Below are positions 61,882-64,000 of a DNA stretch of 64,000 nt, piece after piece; positions within the stretch are counted from its first letter, which is position 1, and every line of letters begins with the position of its first letter. Both the position numbers and the translations under genes were made by a program. The DNA is taken from the NCBI GenBank assembly GCA_963755715.1, contig CAVWLW010000033.1:288001-352000 (forward strand). Reading direction: 5' to 3'. Source of the DNA: an uncultured delta proteobacterium. Its GTDB lineage: Bacteria; Desulfobacterota; Binatia; UBA9968. A model generated the notes under the pieces. The model had not been told where the DNA came from and made no database searches. It saw only the letters and a list, made by a program, of their open reading frames with translations.

Positions 61882-62874
61882 ATGAAAGTATTCTTGGCCG
61901 TCGTTCTCGCCGGCTTATGTCTCACGGTTGATGCGATTGCAGTCCTAGCCGCCTCTGTGCCGCCGGCGAAGATCGTGATTACGCCGGCGAGCTTCAGCGA
62001 GCGCGAAGGACTGCTGATCGTCACGCAAAATCAAGGCTATTTCCGCAAACGTAATCTCGACGTGCAGCTGGTGCTCATGCCTAGCGCGCCGATTGCGTTT
62101 TCGGCTTTGACCGCGGGCGAATCGCATTTTTACTACGGCACGACATCCGGCACGAGCCTCGGCGCTGTCCTGAACGGTCTCGACGGCGTCTTCGTCGCCG
62201 GTTTTATCAACAAGCTCGTCGGCGCCTTCGCGGTGAGCAAAGACATCAAGACGCCCAACGACCTCAAAGGCAAGCAAATTGGCGTGGCCAGCCTCGGCGG
62301 CGGCAACTGGATGTTCACCATGCTCGCGTTCGACCATTGGGGCCTCGACCCCAAGCGCGACAACATTACGTTTCGCATCATCGGCAACACCGGCGTGCGC
62401 GCCCAATCGATCGCATCGGGGATCATCGGCGGGTCGGTGTTGGGTTACACCTTTGCGACTAATTTGCGTCGCGACGGCTATCCGATTTTAGCCGATCTCG
62501 GCGATCTCAATATTCCGTTTCAGGATACCGGACTCTACACGCGCAAGAGTTTTGTCGCCCAGCACCCGGAAGTCGTCGAGAACGTGCTGCGCGCGCTGCT
62601 CGACGGCATCACGTTCATTCAAAGCCCCGACAATAAAAGTGCCGTGCTTAAAAGTTTGGTCCAGTGGCTGCGCTTATCGAAAACGGAGGATGCGGTCGAA
62701 GGCTATGAGTTCATGCGCAAGATGTACACGAAGCGGATCTATCCGACGGTCGACGGCATCCGCAACAGCCTCCGCGTGCTCGCAACCACGAACGAAAAGT
62801 TTCGTGCCCTCAAGGCCGAGGATCTAGTCGACGACCGGATCGTCAGAAAGCTCGAGAAAGAGGGCGCGTTCTAG
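61882..62874 (+). CDS. ABC substrate-binding protein (NMT1/SsuA-like)
   Basis: Signal peptide; GYFRKRNLDV, DLKGKQIGV and VDDRIVRKLEKEG patterns. Confidence 0.85.
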   Translation: MKVFLAVVLAGLCLTVDAIAVLAASVPPAKIVITPASFSEREGLLIVTQNQGYFRKRNLDVQLVLMPSAPIAFSALTAGESHFYYGTTSGTSLGAVLNGLDGVFVAGFINKLVGAFAVSKDIKTPNDLKGKQIGVASLGGGNWMFTMLAFDHWGLDPKRDNITFRIIGNTGVRAQSIASGIIGGSVLGYTFATNLRRDGYPILADLGDLNIPFQDTGLYTRKSFVAQHPEVVENVLRALLDGITFIQSPDNKSAVLKSLVQWLRLSKTEDAVEGYEFMRKMYTKRIYPTVDGIRNSLRVLATTNEKFRALKAEDLVDDRIVRKLEKEGAF

Positions 62875-62934
62875 GGTGGATCTCGACCCGCGCGTACTGA
62901 GCGATCCATTTTGGACGAAAACCTTGGAGGCCTC

Positions 62935-63903
62935 ATGCAAGTTTCGCTGAAAGCAATTGTCATCATCGGGGCTGTCTTGCTGCTTGCTTGGACGAGCGCG
63001 ACGCAGGCCCGCGACGTGGTCATTGGCTATTCGGGCCGAACCATCGCCGAGATGCCCTTCGCGTGGGGCAGTCGAAAGGGATTTTTCAAGGAAGCGAACC
63101 TCGACGTGAAGATGATCTATATGTCTACCAGCATCGCCGCCAAAGGACTGATGAGCGGCGACGTCGATTATTCCACCGCCATGGGCGGCACCTTGCGGGC
63201 GGCGATCGCCGGCGCGCCGCTGATCGGCATCTACTCGATGTTCAAAGCGCAGATGTACCTGGTCGCGCAGCCGCGTTACAAACAGGTCGCCGACCTCAAA
63301 GGCAAAACCGTCGGCATCAGCGTCTTCGGCGGCGCCTACGACCTCGTCGCGCGGACGATTCTCAAGCATCACGGGCTCGATCCGGAGAAGCAGGTGACGC
63401 TGTTGCAGATCGGCGACAGCCGCACGCTCTATAGCGCGCTCGCCGCGGGCAGCATCGACAGCGCGATCCTCGGACCGCCCTACGACATCAAAGCCGAGTT
63501 GGAGGGCAACAATCGTTTGTTCGACTCATCGGAGATCTTCGACATGCCGTTCTCCGGCCTGGCGACGAGCAAGAAGAAATTGCAGCAGGACCGCGCCGAA
63601 GTGAAGGCGATCGTGCGCGGCCTGGAGCGCATCCGCCGTTACATCGCGGCGAATCGCGCGGAAGCGGAAGCGTTCGTCAAGCAGTTTTTAAATCTAAACG
63701 ACAAGGAAGCGCGCCTGTCAGTGGCGCAGATGGTGAAATCGTTTCGCGACACCGGACGCACGACGGACGAAGCGGTCGTGGATTTCATCGAGACGACGTT
63801 GCGGAGCACCAAGCAAAAAGCCGGCAGCATTAAGCCCAGCGACATCGTCGACTGGAGCGTGACGACTGAAGTCGTTCGAGAGCTGGATAAAGAAAAAAAA
63901 TAG
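62935..63903 (+). CDS. ABC substrate-binding protein (NMT1/SsuA-like)
   Basis: GGAGG RBS, signal peptide, KGFFKEANLDV and DLKGKTVGI patterns. Confidence 0.85.
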   Translation: MQVSLKAIVIIGAVLLLAWTSATQARDVVIGYSGRTIAEMPFAWGSRKGFFKEANLDVKMIYMSTSIAAKGLMSGDVDYSTAMGGTLRAAIAGAPLIGIYSMFKAQMYLVAQPRYKQVADLKGKTVGISVFGGAYDLVARTILKHHGLDPEKQVTLLQIGDSRTLYSALAAGSIDSAILGPPYDIKAELEGNNRLFDSSEIFDMPFSGLATSKKKLQQDRAEVKAIVRGLERIRRYIAANRAEAEAFVKQFLNLNDKEARLSVAQMVKSFRDTGRTTDEAVVDFIETTLRSTKQKAGSIKPSDIVDWSVTTEVVRELDKEKK

Positions 63904-63911
63904 AAATACTC

Positions 63912-63996
63912 TCACCGCGAAGAACCCAGCGCGGCAGAGCCGCAACCGAAACTCGGAGTGTCTCCCGCAAAGACGCAAAGGGCGCAAAGTTCGGAG
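63912..63996. repeat. Intergenic CGCAAAG-type short-period element (runs to window end)
   Basis: TCACCGCGAAG...GCGGCAGAGCCGCAACC...CCCGCAAAGACGCAAAGGGCGCAAAGTTCGG has the same architecture as 11204..11240. Confidence 0.55.
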
Positions 63997-64000
63997 ATTG

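Overview
This is a bacterial chromosomal window of moderate-to-high GC. Its gene content and intergenic repeat style resemble a Candidatus Binatota/Deltaproteobacteria-like soil genome (inference). About 1-27 kb is accessory and catabolic: orphan solute-binding proteins (SBPs), two single-barrel MetE-like proteins, opgC with two SGNH proteins, a Rieske oxygenase/dihydrodiol-dehydrogenase/amidohydrolase block, an OmpA lipoprotein, an LLM monooxygenase, an ALDH1L1-like formyltransferase with a gamma-carbonic anhydrase (CA), and lhgO. About 27-45.5 kb is core genome: mlaEFDC, trmN6, dciA, nrdJ with tandem NrdR boxes, and rpsO-pnp-M16-dut-purBSQLF. About 45.5-64 kb is an uncharacterised catabolic cluster with a duplicated nitroreductase-hydantoinase B module, one hydantoinase A, two atypical M24-fold proteins, MmgE/PrpD and several SBPs. 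At least 15 apparent single-base indels, including in purL and dciA, point to long-read assembly errors rather than pseudogenes. Non-coding highlights are three orphan copies of gene 3' tails bracketing accessory blocks, a ~190-bp tandem duplication next to an IS remnant, a recurring GG-N10-GTC sigma54-like motif, a structured leader upstream of ompA, and several distinct intergenic palindromic repeat families. No rRNA, tRNA, CRISPR array or intact mobile element was seen.
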